Assembly (NCBI GenBank): GCA_046583355.1
Contig: JAYGCM010000012.1
Location: 33,208-97,207, forward strand
Source: Deltaproteobacteria bacterium
Lineage (GTDB): Bacteria > Desulfobacterota > Binatia > UBA12015
Length of the DNA: 64,000 bases
Direction of reading: 5' to 3'
Numbering within the stretch: position 1 is the first letter of the stretch; every line of letters starts with the position of its first letter. The position numbers and the translations under genes are program-made. This document shows, piece after piece, positions 18,731 through 31,583 of the stretch. Below the pieces are notes generated by a model, which worked only from the letters and a program-made list of their open reading frames with translations, ran no database searches and was not told where the DNA came from.

Positions 18731-19093
18731 TCAATTTGTCGGCGCGAACGAGGAGCCGCAACCGCAGGTGCGCTCGGCATTGGGGTTGGTGAAGCGAAAA
18801 CCGGCACCATGCAGACCATCGGCGAAATCAACCACCATACCCTTGAGGTAGGTCAGGCTCTCCGGGTCGACGAAGACATGCACGCCGTCATACTCGAATA
18901 CCCGGTCGTCGTCGCGTGCCGCGTCGTCGAAGCCCAGAGTATAGCTCATGCCGGAGCATCCGCCGTTGGCAACACCGACGCGCAGACCACTGGTCGCCGG
19001 ACGTTTTTCCTTGGCAATGAGCGCGCGCACGCGCGTGATGGCTGACTCGGAGAGAGCGACGGATTCGCTGAGATTTTCGTTTATCTGGTCCAT
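18731..19093 (-). CDS. A-type Fe-S carrier (IscA/ErpA/HesB)
   Basis: GGCSGMSY, F.NPNA..TCGCGSSF. Confidence 0.93.
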   Translation of the reverse strand: MDQINENLSESVALSESAITRVRALIAKEKRPATSGLRVGVANGGCSGMSYTLGFDDAARDDDRVFEYDGVHVFVDPESLTYLKGMVVDFADGLHGAGFRFTNPNAERTCGCGSSFAPTN

Positions 19094-19115
19094 GAGTTCC
19101 TGCTTCCTGCCGCTC

Positions 19116-19766
19116 TCAGGCGGTCGCCGTTACGGATCGCTCCGGTACCTGTCCGACCAATACGGTAAACAACGAGGTGGCCGACGTCTTGTAACGATGC
19201 TCGACCCGCAATGGCATATCACCAAGAATATCGTCGACGCTCAGCGTCGTTCGCCAACCCAATTTACGTGTCAGTGGGTCGACCTGATCTACGAGCTTCG
19301 CGATCACCGGACGCGGACTACGAAAATGGTTGATAATGGCGATGGTGCCGCCTGGACGGCAAACCCGCAGCATCTCGCGAACCACCTGCCGAGCGTCTGG
19401 GACAACACTGACGACATGAAACGAAGTCACGTAGTCGAAAGAGTCATCATCATAAGGCAGCGCCAGCGCGTCGGCGACTTCAAGCCGCGCGTTGGTCAAT
19501 CCAGCCGCTGCGGCCTTCTGCTCCGCCTTGGCGAGCATCTCGGGCGCGAGGTCGACTCCCAGGAAGTCGCAGGACGCCGGATAGGCACCTAACGAGAGGC
19601 CGGTTCCTATACCGACCTCGAGAACACTCTCGCCGGGCCCGATATTCAACTCCTTCACGACACGAAAGATGCGCGGCGAGAAGACGTTCGTGAAGATACG
19701 ATCGTAGAAATGCGCAAAGGTCGAGTAGATCTTGCTCTCGTGCGGAAGATCGCTTGGGTTCGCCAT
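19116..19766 (-). CDS. Class I SAM methyltransferase, phospholipid N-methyltransferase (PmtA)-like
   Basis: Y..FAHFYD, VLEVGIGTGLSL, VSVVPD, RVCRPGG.I.IINHF. AAGGAG RBS. Confidence 0.75.
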   Translation of the reverse strand: MANPSDLPHESKIYSTFAHFYDRIFTNVFSPRIFRVVKELNIGPGESVLEVGIGTGLSLGAYPASCDFLGVDLAPEMLAKAEQKAAAAGLTNARLEVADALALPYDDDSFDYVTSFHVVSVVPDARQVVREMLRVCRPGGTIAIINHFRSPRPVIAKLVDQVDPLTRKLGWRTTLSVDDILGDMPLRVEHRYKTSATSLFTVLVGQVPERSVTATA

Positions 19767-19800
19767 CCGGGTCACTCCTTGAAAAGAATCCGCACCGGAA

Positions 19801-20001
19801 TCAGGCTGCGGTCGCGGCCTGCAGCTGACGCTGGAAGGAGGCGACGTCCCGATGACGAAAGCGCCATTGCCGCCCCGTCTTGAACGCCGGAAGGATTTGC
19901 TTGCGCGCGAACTCGTTGACGGTATCCGGACTCATATCCAGAAGACGCGCCACGTCCCGGCTATTGAGAAGATTTTCGTCTCGTTCGTTCATCATCACCA
20001 T
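19801..20001 (-). CDS. Small excisionase-like/MerR-type HTH DNA-binding protein
   Basis: LLNSRDVARLLDMSPDTV...ILPAFKTGRQWRF. Confidence 0.85.
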   Translation of the reverse strand: MVMMNERDENLLNSRDVARLLDMSPDTVNEFARKQILPAFKTGRQWRFRHRDVASFQRQLQAATAA

Positions 20002-20201
20002 GCTCCGCCTTCTCTTGAGCTATCACCACCCCCCGGAACCGTCAAGGTTCCTTAACCGAAGCGTCGCGCCCTGCCCTCAGCCGGCGCGAAAAAAACCTGA
20101 GTATTCCCAACGACTTACGGGATTCGAACACGATACCCCAGGGCAAAGAAGAGCATGGACGCAATGCGTCATCCCGCCGCGACGGGGCCATGCGGGTGCG
20201 G

Positions 20202-20230
20202 GGCCCTCCTTCGCCAGGCAAAGGAGGGCC
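20202..20230 (-). terminator. Hairpin directly after secD
   Basis: GGCCCTCCTT / AAGGAGGGCC 10-bp stem, no U-tract. Confidence 0.45.
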
Positions 20231-20235
20231 GCCGT

Positions 20236-21789
20236 TCAGATGCTGATCCGGCTCAAGCCGCGACGCGAAAGTTGGAAATCGTAATAGATCCGCGTGCCGA
20301 AAACCGCTGTGAGAACCGTGGTCAGAATGCCAACGCAGAGGGTCAGCGCGAAGCCCTTCACTGGCCCGGAGCCAAATTGAAAAAGAATCAAGCCGGAGAC
20401 GAAGGTGGTGATATTCGAATCACGAATCGCCGCCCAGGCGCGCTCGTAGCCGGTCTCCACGGCCGCCCGCGGCGTCTTGCCGAGCAATAGCTCTTCTCGC
20501 ACACGCTCGTTGATCAGGACATTGGCGTCGACCGCCATGCCCATCGTCAGCACGATCCCCGCAATGCCGGGCAATGTGAGCGTCATGCCGAAGGCCGCAA
20601 GCGCGGTCATCAGGAAGATCACGTTCAGACCCAACGCGACATCCGCCAGCACTCCGGCCCCGCGGTAGTAGAACATCATGAAGAGGACCACGAGTACGCC
20701 GCCAACCAGCAAGGAGAGTACACCCTGTTCGATGGAATCACGCCCGAGCGAAGGGCCGACCGTGCGCTCTTCGATGATACGGATCGGCGCGGGCAACGCG
20801 CCGGCGCGCAATACGATGGCCAGATCGTGTGCTTCCTTCATATCGAAATTGCCGGTAATCGAGGCACGTCCACCACCGATCCGCTCGCGGATATTCGGTG
20901 CCGAAAACACGCGGCCATCCAGAACGATTGCCAGGTTGCGACCGACATTTTCTTCCGTCAATGCCTCGAAATCATCCGATCCTGTGTCGGTGAGGACGAG
21001 CTCCACATACGGACCTTCCAGCTGCGTGGCCGGCCGGACGCGCGCGTCAGCAACCTGCCCGCCGCTGAGCAACACTTTCTTCTCGACCTGCCAGGTCGGC
21101 ACGCTGCCGCCCACCGTAGCCGATCCGGCCGAGCCCTTGAGTTCCTCGCTCGCCTCGCTATCGCCATCTGCAACCAGGCGAAACTCAAGCACAGCAGTTC
21201 TGCCAATCAGGCCCTTTGCCCGCTGGGGGTCCTGCACGCCGGGTAATTGCACCACGATATCGCGATCGCCCTGGCGCTGAATCGTCGGCTCGGCAACACC
21301 AAATTGGTCAACCCTGTTGCGGATCGTCTCCAGTGATTGGTCCATCGCGAAGCGCTCGATCCGGTCGATCTCACGCGCGCTGAGTGCCAGTTGGACCGTG
21401 GCGCCGGTGCCGGATTGAATCTGCAGGCTCGGGTAGCGGTTGGTCAGAAACTCCTCGAACTCGGGGCGCTGCTTGGCGTCTTCGAGCTGGATCGTCAGAT
21501 TCGTGCCCTCGTGGCCGACCTTCGCGACCGCCAGGCCCTCGTCGCGCGCCGCGCGGCTCAGTTCTTCGCCCGTGCGCCCGACGGAATTGACAACGGCCTT
21601 CTCGACCTCGACGGCAAAAAGGAGATGCGTGCCGCCACGCAGATCGAGGCCCAGCTTGATCGGGCTCTCTGCAGGCGCCAGCGGCAGATGCACACCGGCG
21701 GGCAGGAAGACGGGCGAGAGGTAGATCAGCGAGCCCAGCGTCATCGCCAGCATCGCCGCGAGACGATAATTCGCGGTTCCGGGGTTCAT
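20236..21789 (-). CDS. secD: Protein translocase subunit SecD
   Basis: LGLDLRGG, RNRVDQFGVAEP, LRAGALPAP, VGPSLG, GMAVDANVLINER. Confidence 0.96.
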   Translation of the reverse strand: MNPGTANYRLAAMLAMTLGSLIYLSPVFLPAGVHLPLAPAESPIKLGLDLRGGTHLLFAVEVEKAVVNSVGRTGEELSRAARDEGLAVAKVGHEGTNLTIQLEDAKQRPEFEEFLTNRYPSLQIQSGTGATVQLALSAREIDRIERFAMDQSLETIRNRVDQFGVAEPTIQRQGDRDIVVQLPGVQDPQRAKGLIGRTAVLEFRLVADGDSEASEELKGSAGSATVGGSVPTWQVEKKVLLSGGQVADARVRPATQLEGPYVELVLTDTGSDDFEALTEENVGRNLAIVLDGRVFSAPNIRERIGGGRASITGNFDMKEAHDLAIVLRAGALPAPIRIIEERTVGPSLGRDSIEQGVLSLLVGGVLVVLFMMFYYRGAGVLADVALGLNVIFLMTALAAFGMTLTLPGIAGIVLTMGMAVDANVLINERVREELLLGKTPRAAVETGYERAWAAIRDSNITTFVSGLILFQFGSGPVKGFALTLCVGILTTVLTAVFGTRIYYDFQLSRRGLSRISI

Positions 21790-22088
21790 TTCTTCTCCTC
21801 GGTCGCCTTGCCGGTCCCGGCCAGATGGCCGATCGACGAGCGCTCCAGGCGAATCTTCACGTTGGGCGCGATCTCGAGGGCGACCTCGGCGTCCTGCACG
21901 CGGACGATTTTCCCGTAGATGCCTCCGCTGGTGACGATCTGATCGCCCGGCTTGAGCCCATCGAGCATGCTCTGCGTCTCACGAGCCTTCTTCTGCTGCG
22001 GACGAATCAGCAGGAAGTAAAAGACCGCCAGAATCAGGATGAAAGGCGCCAGCTGCATCAGCGCGCCCCCAGGTGCTTGTCCGTTCAT
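21786..22088 (-). CDS. yajC: Preprotein translocase subunit YajC
   Basis: FYFLLIRPQQK, GD.IVTSGGIYG. Lies between tgt and secD. Confidence 0.95.
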   Translation of the reverse strand: MNGQAPGGALMQLAPFILILAVFYFLLIRPQQKKARETQSMLDGLKPGDQIVTSGGIYGKIVRVQDAEVALEIAPNVKIRLERSSIGHLAGTGKATEEKK

Positions 22089-22101
22089 GAATTCATTCCC
22101 C

Positions 22102-24383
<2,282 letters not shown>

Positions 24384-25112
24384 CGAGGAAGGGACGTAGC
24401 AGCTCCATCGGTAGCGGGAAGATGGTGGTCGAATTATTCGGCCCGGCGATCTCCACCAGAGTTTGCAGATAGCGCAGGGTCAGGGCGTGGGGATGCTGCG
24501 CCAGCGTTTTCGCGGCATCCGCGAGGCGCTGCGCCGCCTGGTACTCAGCCTCGGCCGCGATGACCTTGGCACGCCGCTCGCGCTCGGCCTCGGCCTGACG
24601 CGCCAATGCGCGCTGCATATCGGGGGGCAGGTCGATATCCTTGATCTCGACCGTTGCGACTTTCACACCCCAGGGTTCGGTCTGCTGGTCCACGATCTCT
24701 TGGATCCGGTCATTGACCTTCTCCCTCTCGGCCAGCAACTCATCGAGTTCGACCTGTCCGCAGACGCTGCGCAATGTGGTCTGGGCAATCATGCTGGAGC
24801 CGTAAATATAATTCTCGATCGCAATGATCGCCTTGACGGGGTCCACGACACGAAAATAGAGCACGGCGCTGACCTTCACCGAGACGTTGTCACGCGTGAT
24901 CACCTCCTGGGCCGGGATATCCATGGTCACGGTACGCAGATCGACGCGCTGCGCTTTCTCGATGAAAGGAATGATCAGCACCAAGCCAGGCCCGCGCGAA
25001 CCGACCGCCCGACCGAGCCGGAAGATCACGGCGCGTTCGTATTCTTTCATGATTTTGACGGCGCTCATCAGAACAACCGCGATAATAGCGACGAATACAC
25101 CTATGGATGACA

Positions 25113-26450
25113 TCAACTCTTCTCCTTTTCGGGGTCGACCGCTTCGACGCCCAGCGTAAGTCCCTCTACCGAGATCACGCGTGCTTTGCGATCCACCGCA
25201 AGGCGATCGCGCGAGCGCGCCTTCCAGAGCTCGCCACGTACAAAAATCTGCCCTTCCGGGTCGATGGCTTCGCGGACTTCGCCGAGCGCCCCGATCATCG
25301 CCTCGGGACCGGATACCGCCTTCTGAGCGAAAGTACGCACGACCAGCGTTGCCATGACGAGCATGATGGAAGCCACCGCGGCGGCCGCGGCGCCGATCAC
25401 GGCACGATCCACCTGAAAGCCACCGCCGGGCGCCTCAAAGAGAAAGAGCGAGCCCAGCACGAACGCGATGAAACCACCGATACCGAGAATCCCGAAGCTG
25501 GGCACAAAGAGCTCGGCCACCAACAGGGCCATGCCGAGCCCGATCAGCCCCAGCCCGCTCAAATTGATCGGCAGGATCTGGAACGAGGCGGCGGCAATCA
25601 GCAGACAGATCGCACCGATCACGCCGGGAATCATTGTGCCGGGATTGCTGATCTCGAGGTAGAGGCCGAGCATTCCGGCGAGGAGAAGAAAATAGGCAAT
25701 TGTCGGGTCCGCCAAAAAGCCGACGACTTTCTGACGCAGGTTGGGTTCGATGACGACGACGGTTGCGCCGTCGAGGTCCAGTACCCGATCCACGCCGCCG
25801 ATGCGCACGATGCGGCCGGAAGCTCCGGCCAGCAGATCGCCCAGGCTCGGTGCGATCAGGTCGATCACGCCATTCTCCAGGGCCTCGCGATCTGTAGCCG
25901 AGAGCGCTTCACGCACCGCCAACTCCGCCCATTGTACATTGCGGTCGCGCTCCTCGGCGATGGATTTGGCGAAAGCGGCGGTGAAGTTCAGCACCTTCTC
26001 GCCCATCGCCCCGTCGACATCTGCGCCGGTTGCCGTCACCGGCGTACTGGCACCGATGGTCGTGCCCGGCGCCATGGCCGCGACGTTGGCCGCCATGACA
26101 AGAAAGACACCGGCCGACGCAGCCCCGGCGCCGCCCGGTGCCACATAGAAAAGCACCGGCAAGGGTGGGTCGAGAAGCACCTGCACGATCTCACGCGTCG
26201 ATTCAAGTAATCCGCCGGGCGTATCCAATTGCACCACCACCGCGTCGGCGCTGGCATCGGCAGCGCCGCGAATTCCTTCAATGATATATTCAGCACTGGC
26301 CGGATGAATCGGCCCGTCGACCGAGAGCAGGTGCACGGTAGCCGCGCGCGCGCCGGTGGCGCCTGCGAGAACAAGCAGGAGCGCCAGCAGCAGGCCGGCA
26401 AGCCTCCGACCTGGGCGAGGGAAAGGAGCGACCGTCATGCGACGCCTCAT
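25113..26450 (-). CDS. nfeD: NfeD-family membrane-bound serine protease
   Basis: LDTPGG, AASAG, MAPGT.IGA, TM region, C-terminal GELWKA OB fold. Adjacent to SPFH. Confidence 0.92.
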   Translation of the reverse strand: MRRRMTVAPFPRPGRRLAGLLLALLLVLAGATGARAATVHLLSVDGPIHPASAEYIIEGIRGAADASADAVVVQLDTPGGLLESTREIVQVLLDPPLPVLFYVAPGGAGAASAGVFLVMAANVAAMAPGTTIGASTPVTATGADVDGAMGEKVLNFTAAFAKSIAEERDRNVQWAELAVREALSATDREALENGVIDLIAPSLGDLLAGASGRIVRIGGVDRVLDLDGATVVVIEPNLRQKVVGFLADPTIAYFLLLAGMLGLYLEISNPGTMIPGVIGAICLLIAAASFQILPINLSGLGLIGLGMALLVAELFVPSFGILGIGGFIAFVLGSLFLFEAPGGGFQVDRAVIGAAAAAVASIMLVMATLVVRTFAQKAVSGPEAMIGALGEVREAIDPEGQIFVRGELWKARSRDRLAVDRKARVISVEGLTLGVEAVDPEKEKS

Positions 26451-27142
26451 GCGGGCAACCCGAGGTGCTTCAACACTTCTTGAATATCCTTCCAGACATC
26501 GCGCTTCAGAGCGGGATTTCGCAGCAGATAGGAGGGGTGAAATGTAGGCATGACGGGAACCCCCTCGAACGCGCCCCAATTGCCACGCAGGCGTGTGATC
26601 GGGGAGGTCGTTGCCAGCAGCGTATGAGCGGCGAATTTACCCAGGGCGACAATGACCTCAGGCTGCACCGAGGCGATCTGGCGCGCCAGAAAAGGCACAC
26701 AACTCTCTACTTCGTCGGCCTCCGGACTGCGGTTTCCCGGCGGCCGGCATTTGATGATGTTGCAGAGATAGACGTCCTCGCGGCGCAGCTTCATCCCTTT
26801 CTGAATGATATCGGTCAGCAGCGCGCCGGCTTTGCCGACAAAGGGTTCGCCCAGGCTATCTTCTTCCGGGCCCGGGGCCTCGCCTACGAAAACCACCCGT
26901 GCGGCGGCATTACCCACGCCGAAGACCAGGGTCTGACGGCCCCGTGAGAGTCGGCAGCGCTCGCAATTGCCGAGATCGGCCCGCAACTCCCCCAAAGACT
27001 CGGCCGGCGCAGCGGGCGCCGATGGTTCCATCAGGCCCGGCGGCAGCGGCAGCCCCGGCGGAAGTCCACGCACGCCGGTTTCGGCATAACGTTTCAGGTG
27101 TGCTCCCAGGTCACGCGCCAAGGCTCTGATTTCCATCGACAT
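26447..27142 (-). CDS. Uracil-DNA glycosylase family 4 (Fe-S)
   Basis: [31 protein letters not shown]. Confidence 0.93.
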   Translation of the reverse strand: MSMEIRALARDLGAHLKRYAETGVRGLPPGLPLPPGLMEPSAPAAPAESLGELRADLGNCERCRLSRGRQTLVFGVGNAAARVVFVGEAPGPEEDSLGEPFVGKAGALLTDIIQKGMKLRREDVYLCNIIKCRPPGNRSPEADEVESCVPFLARQIASVQPEVIVALGKFAAHTLLATTSPITRLRGNWGAFEGVPVMPTFHPSYLLRNPALKRDVWKDIQEVLKHLGLPA

Positions 27143-27189
27143 CCGAAATCAATCCTACGCCATCAGGAAGCGAAGTCGAGCGCGCGCAT

Positions 27190-28383
27190 TCAGCTCCGGC
27201 GATGCAGCAGACGAATGCGGTCGAGGATCCGGTCGGCGACCTGATCTTTGCTCAACAATGGCAGGTTCGCCACGGCCTGCGCGTCGATCAGCGTGACTCG
27301 ATTGGTCTCAACATCGAAGCCCGCATCGGGTGCGCTTACGTCATTGGCGACGATCAGATCGAGCTTCTTGCGCTCGAGCTTGGCGCGCGCGCGGGCCTCG
27401 AGGTCTTGGGTCTCGGCCGCGAAACCGGTCACGAAGAGGCCCTCGCGGCGCGGCACGCAATCGGCAACAATATCCCGAGTGCGGGCGAGATCCAACGCGA
27501 TTCCACCCTGCACCTTCGCTTCCTTCTCGGCCGCGCGGTGCCGAGGCGCATAATCGGCCACCGCAGCCGCCGCGATGACCACGCTCGCCTCCGGCGCGCG
27601 GGCTTCGACTACCGCGGCCATCTCGGCGGCGGATTCGACCCGCAATATCTCCACGCCACGCGGCGCCGCCAGCGCGGTCGGCCCGCTGACCAGCAGAACG
27701 CGGGCACCGCGGCGCAGGGCCGCACGGGCCAATGCGTAGCCCATTTTCCCCGACGAACGGTTGGACAGATAGCGCACCGGATCGAGTGTCTCGCGCGTAG
27801 GACCGGCCGTAATCAGCACCACCTCGCCCACAAAATCATCGCTTGCCAAGGCGCCGGCTAATGCTTCGAGCAGGATATCGGCATCGGGCAGACGCCCGGG
27901 ACCTTCATAGCCACAGGCCAATATCCCCTCGTCCGGCGCAACGATGCGCACGCCGCGGCCGCGCAGGGTAGCGAGGTTGGCCTGCACGACTTCGCTCTCG
28001 AACATATGCACATTCATCGCCGGAGCGAGCACCACCGGCGCGCGGGTCGCCAACAACACGGTCGTCAGCAGATCGTCGGCGATACCGGCGGCGAGTTTTC
28101 CGACTACATTCGCCGTAGTCGGCGCCACCAGGATCGCGTCAGCCGAATCTGCCAGGTCGATATGGCCGATCTCGGATTCCTGGGTCAGGTCAAAAAGGTC
28201 ACGCGCCACCGGCTCGCCCGAGAGCGTTTGCAGGGTGAGCGGCGTGATGAACTCCTGAGCACTGCGCGTCATCACCACCCGCACGCGCGCGCCCTCTTCG
28301 CGCAAGGCGCGAATGATTCCCGCCGCCTTGTAGGCCGCGATGCCGCCACTCACGCCGAGAATAATGGTTCGCTCGGCGAACAT
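27190..28383 (-). CDS. coaBC: Phosphopantothenoylcysteine decarboxylase/synthetase
   Basis: GGIAAYK, APAMN, LACG..GPGRL, DPVRYLSNRSSGKMG, GFAAET. Confidence 0.96.
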   Translation of the reverse strand: MFAERTIILGVSGGIAAYKAAGIIRALREEGARVRVVMTRSAQEFITPLTLQTLSGEPVARDLFDLTQESEIGHIDLADSADAILVAPTTANVVGKLAAGIADDLLTTVLLATRAPVVLAPAMNVHMFESEVVQANLATLRGRGVRIVAPDEGILACGYEGPGRLPDADILLEALAGALASDDFVGEVVLITAGPTRETLDPVRYLSNRSSGKMGYALARAALRRGARVLLVSGPTALAAPRGVEILRVESAAEMAAVVEARAPEASVVIAAAAVADYAPRHRAAEKEAKVQGGIALDLARTRDIVADCVPRREGLFVTGFAAETQDLEARARAKLERKKLDLIVANDVSAPDAGFDVETNRVTLIDAQAVANLPLLSKDQVADRILDRIRLLHRRS

Positions 28384-29390
28384 CAGCCGGGCTCCGCGTC
28401 AGATTTGTCGCTTTGCACACTACGGCGCAGGTCCGAGAGCGAAAGATTCAAGCGTGACATCGACCAGAGACCCATGGAACAGATGACGACCATCTGCACG
28501 ATCCAGTTGAGAACACCGAAGGTAAAGCCCATCGATTTGTCGACGCCGAAGAGCGAGAGGGCAATCTCCGAGCCCACCCAGAACACACCGATGAAGCCCG
28601 GCGCCGAGGGAACCGAGACCGCCACCGCGACCACTACTGCCGTAGCGATGCCCAAGGCGACCATCGGTGCGTCAATATGAAGTGCCATGGCAGCGGCCAT
28701 GAACCCGCCGGCAGCCGCCAGCCATACCAGCAAGGAGAGACCCATCACGCGCACGAACATGCGTGGCTGGCTGATGCCGGCGAGTGCCTGCAGGCCACCG
28801 TGGCCCCCCTCGCGCACGATATGGCCGAGGAAAGAAGGCAAGCGATCGGCGATCCAATCGAGTTGCTGATCGAGCCAATCGGCGAAGTAGACAACCACGA
28901 TGAGAATGGCGAGTACGCCACCGACGACGGCAAGCAGTGTCGGCAGTTGCGCACGCAGGAACTCGCCCTGGGGCACCAGGACCACCGCGACCACCCCGAG
29001 GATGCCGAGCATCAGCATATCGCAGATCCGCTCCAGGGCGACCGAAGCGAACGCCGCTGGCGCCGAGATCTCGCCTGCCTGCGCGACCACCAGCGGTTTC
29101 AGAATTTCGCCTGCCCGCAGCGGCAAGACCATATTCCCCATGAACCCGATATTCGTCGCATCGAAGACTGGCGTTTTCTCAAGCGGTCCCAGCGTTGTGA
29201 GGATCGCGCGCCAGCGCCAGGCCCGCAGGACCATGGCCAGCACAGCGGAGAAGACCATCGGCAACACCCAGAGAACGTTCGCGCCGGCGAAGTCACGGGC
29301 GAAGCGCCCGAACTCTACATCAGCCACGCTATACCAGACAGCAATCGCCGAAATGGCAAGCGAGACAATGATCTGAATCGACCGCTTCAC
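28383..29390 (-). CDS. Lysylphosphatidylglycerol synthase TM-domain (flippase-like) protein
   Basis: LRAWRW, IGFMGNMVLPLRAGE, ERICD, PSAPGFIG, multiple TM helices. Confidence 0.85.
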   Translation of the reverse strand: MKRSIQIIVSLAISAIAVWYSVADVEFGRFARDFAGANVLWVLPMVFSAVLAMVLRAWRWRAILTTLGPLEKTPVFDATNIGFMGNMVLPLRAGEILKPLVVAQAGEISAPAAFASVALERICDMLMLGILGVVAVVLVPQGEFLRAQLPTLLAVVGGVLAILIVVVYFADWLDQQLDWIADRLPSFLGHIVREGGHGGLQALAGISQPRMFVRVMGLSLLVWLAAAGGFMAAAMALHIDAPMVALGIATAVVVAVAVSVPSAPGFIGVFWVGSEIALSLFGVDKSMGFTFGVLNWIVQMVVICSMGLWSMSRLNLSLSDLRRSVQSDKSDAEPG

Positions 29391-30457
29391 GTAGACAACG
29401 AAGCTCCTGCTGCGGAGCCAAGCCCCAGGCCCAGAAGCAACTGACTCGCGGCGCGCGTGAAGGCCTCGGCCGCCGGGGATTCCGGATGCGCGAGCACAAT
29501 CGGCGTACCGTCGTCGCCCTGCTCCCGGACGGCGACCTCAAGCGGCACCTGCGCCAGCACCTCGACACCCGCGGCCTGCGCCACGGCAGCGCCGCCGCCC
29601 GCACCGAAAACGGCATCGTCTTCGCCGCAGGCGGGGCAATGGAAATGACTCATATTCTCGATCACGCCGAGGAGCGGAACCTGCAATTGACGAAACATCG
29701 CAACGCCGCGAATCACATCGCGCAAAGCGACATCCTGCGGCGTCGTCACCAGAAGCGCCCCATCCAGGCTGACCTGTTGGGCCAGCGTAAGCTGCGTGTC
29801 GCCGGTTCCGGGTGGCAGATCCACGACCAGCAGATCGAGCCCACCCCAGACGCAATCGCCGAGGAATTGCTGCAGCAGACCGGAAACCATGGGTCCGCGC
29901 CAGATCACCGGCGAGTCATCATCGAGGAAGAAGCCCATCGAAATACAGCGCACACCATGGGCTTCGATCGGGTGGAAGAGTTTTCCTCCGGCCGCGCGCG
30001 GACGGCCTTGGGCGCCCATCATGATCGGCAAACTCGGCCCGTAGACATCCGCGTCGAGCAACCCGACCCGCAGGCCGCGCGCGGCAAAGGCACAGGCGAG
30101 GTTGGTCGCGACGGTCGATTTACCAACCCCGCCCTTGGCCGAGGTCACAGCCAATACCTTGCCTACATCCGCCAACCCGGCCAAGCCCTCGGTGGCGCCT
30201 TCGGCGGCGGTCGGCTGATCGAGCGCCAGGGTAAGGCGGCGGCCGGTGCCGGCCAAAGCGGCCTCAATGCCGGACGCGATTTCCTCGGGAATTTCCCGGC
30301 GACCGCCCGGCAGGCGCAGGCGAATGGAAATGGCTTCGTCCGCCACCTCCACATGAGCCACCATGCCCAGCGAAATGATGTCACGCGGTGCACCGCGCGG
30401 CTTTACCTTCGCGAGCAATGCCCGCACTTCTGCTTCGTCGATCTTGTGGTCGGTCAT
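29387..30457 (-). CDS. mrp: Mrp/ApbC Fe-S carrier ATPase
   Basis: SAKGGVGKST, DADVYGPS, WRGPM, DLPPGTGD, ENMS.F.CPAC. AGGAGG upstream. Confidence 0.93.
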   Translation of the reverse strand: MTDHKIDEAEVRALLAKVKPRGAPRDIISLGMVAHVEVADEAISIRLRLPGGRREIPEEIASGIEAALAGTGRRLTLALDQPTAAEGATEGLAGLADVGKVLAVTSAKGGVGKSTVATNLACAFAARGLRVGLLDADVYGPSLPIMMGAQGRPRAAGGKLFHPIEAHGVRCISMGFFLDDDSPVIWRGPMVSGLLQQFLGDCVWGGLDLLVVDLPPGTGDTQLTLAQQVSLDGALLVTTPQDVALRDVIRGVAMFRQLQVPLLGVIENMSHFHCPACGEDDAVFGAGGGAAVAQAAGVEVLAQVPLEVAVREQGDDGTPIVLAHPESPAAEAFTRAASQLLLGLGLGSAAGASLST

Positions 30458-30536
30458 GTACTCGGCTACCTCCTGAGCGTATAGCAGCCGGCCCGAAGGC
30501 TTCCTACCTTCGCCAAACGCTGCCCGTTTGGAACCA

Positions 30537-31538
30537 ATGACACTCGCCTCGACAGACTCCGCAATCGCGGTGCAAAAGCAGCCCGGTCCAGTCGCTCTTG
30601 CGCTGGTTGCCAACGAACTCGCTGCGGTCGAAGAGAAGCTGCGCGAGCTCACCGAGTCCGAAGAACAGGTACTGACCGATGTCGCGGGCGATCTCATTGC
30701 GGCCGGCGGCAAAAGAATCCGCCCGGCGCTGGCATTGCTCACCTTTCGCGCCGCCGGGGGCGAAGACCCCACCGACACAATCGATGTCGCCGCCGCCATC
30801 GAGCTGATCCACTCCGCCACGCTGCTGCACGACGATATCCTCGACTCCGGCAAGGTCCGCCGCGGCCGACCCTCGCCACTGGCGCGTTTCGGCGCCGCCG
30901 CTACCCTGGTCACCGGCGACTTCCTCTTCAGCAAAGCCTTCAGCGTCGCGGGCCGTTTTGATGCCAAGGTCGTGGGCTGGGCCGCCGAGGCCTGCGTACA
31001 CCTCTGCGAAGGCGAAATGCTCCAGGACAGCTACCGCAGAAACGGCGCCGTCGACCTCGAAACCTACCGCAACATCGCCCGGCGTAAGACGGCTTCCCTC
31101 TTCCGTCAGGCCGCACGCATCGGAACGTATTTCGCAGGCCGGCCCGAAGCCGAGGTCGAGGCGCTGGCCAAATTCGGCGACTCGATCGGCCTGGGCTTCC
31201 AAATGGTCGACGACCTGCTGGATGTCGTCGGCCCCGAAGAACTCATCGGCAAACCCGTCGGCTCCGACCTGCGCGAGGGTTCGCCGGCACTTCCGACCGT
31301 CCTGGCATTGGACCGCTTGCCGCGGGTGCGCGAAGCCTTCCTGGCCGCGGCGCCCGACGCAGCCCTGGTCGAATCCGCCCTCGCCACCCTGCGCGAGTCC
31401 TCCATTCTCGGAGAAGTCCGGCAGCTTGCCGCAGCACATATTCGCGAGGCGCTCACCGCCCTCGAATGCCTGCCGGAATCTCCCTACCGCGATGCGCTGG
31501 AGCAGGTCACCATGGACCTTCTCGAGCGCACCAATTAG
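30537..31538 (+). CDS. Long-chain polyprenyl diphosphate synthase
   Basis: GGKRIRP, LLHDDILD..RRG, KTA, FQMVDDLLD, GKPVGSDLREG. Confidence 0.92.
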   Translation: MTLASTDSAIAVQKQPGPVALALVANELAAVEEKLRELTESEEQVLTDVAGDLIAAGGKRIRPALALLTFRAAGGEDPTDTIDVAAAIELIHSATLLHDDILDSGKVRRGRPSPLARFGAAATLVTGDFLFSKAFSVAGRFDAKVVGWAAEACVHLCEGEMLQDSYRRNGAVDLETYRNIARRKTASLFRQAARIGTYFAGRPEAEVEALAKFGDSIGLGFQMVDDLLDVVGPEELIGKPVGSDLREGSPALPTVLALDRLPRVREAFLAAAPDAALVESALATLRESSILGEVRQLAAAHIREALTALECLPESPYRDALEQVTMDLLERTN

Positions 31539-31583
31539 GAGCCCTGCTGGCGTCCGCCATAACGCTTCGGTATCCTTGGAACC

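Noticed and set aside
20105..20135. GTTCGAATCCC (minus strand) resembling a tRNA T-loop/att remnant next to the excisionase-like gene
   Set aside because: The T-stem does not pair, there is no cloverleaf, and there is no integrase or second copy.
20141..20176. GGGCAAA...GGACGCAATGC resembling a c-di-GMP-I riboswitch, and a GG-N10-GC sigma54-like spacing
   Set aside because: Too short for the P2 stem and on the wrong strand for the downstream gene. The sigma54 match lacks the CACG core.
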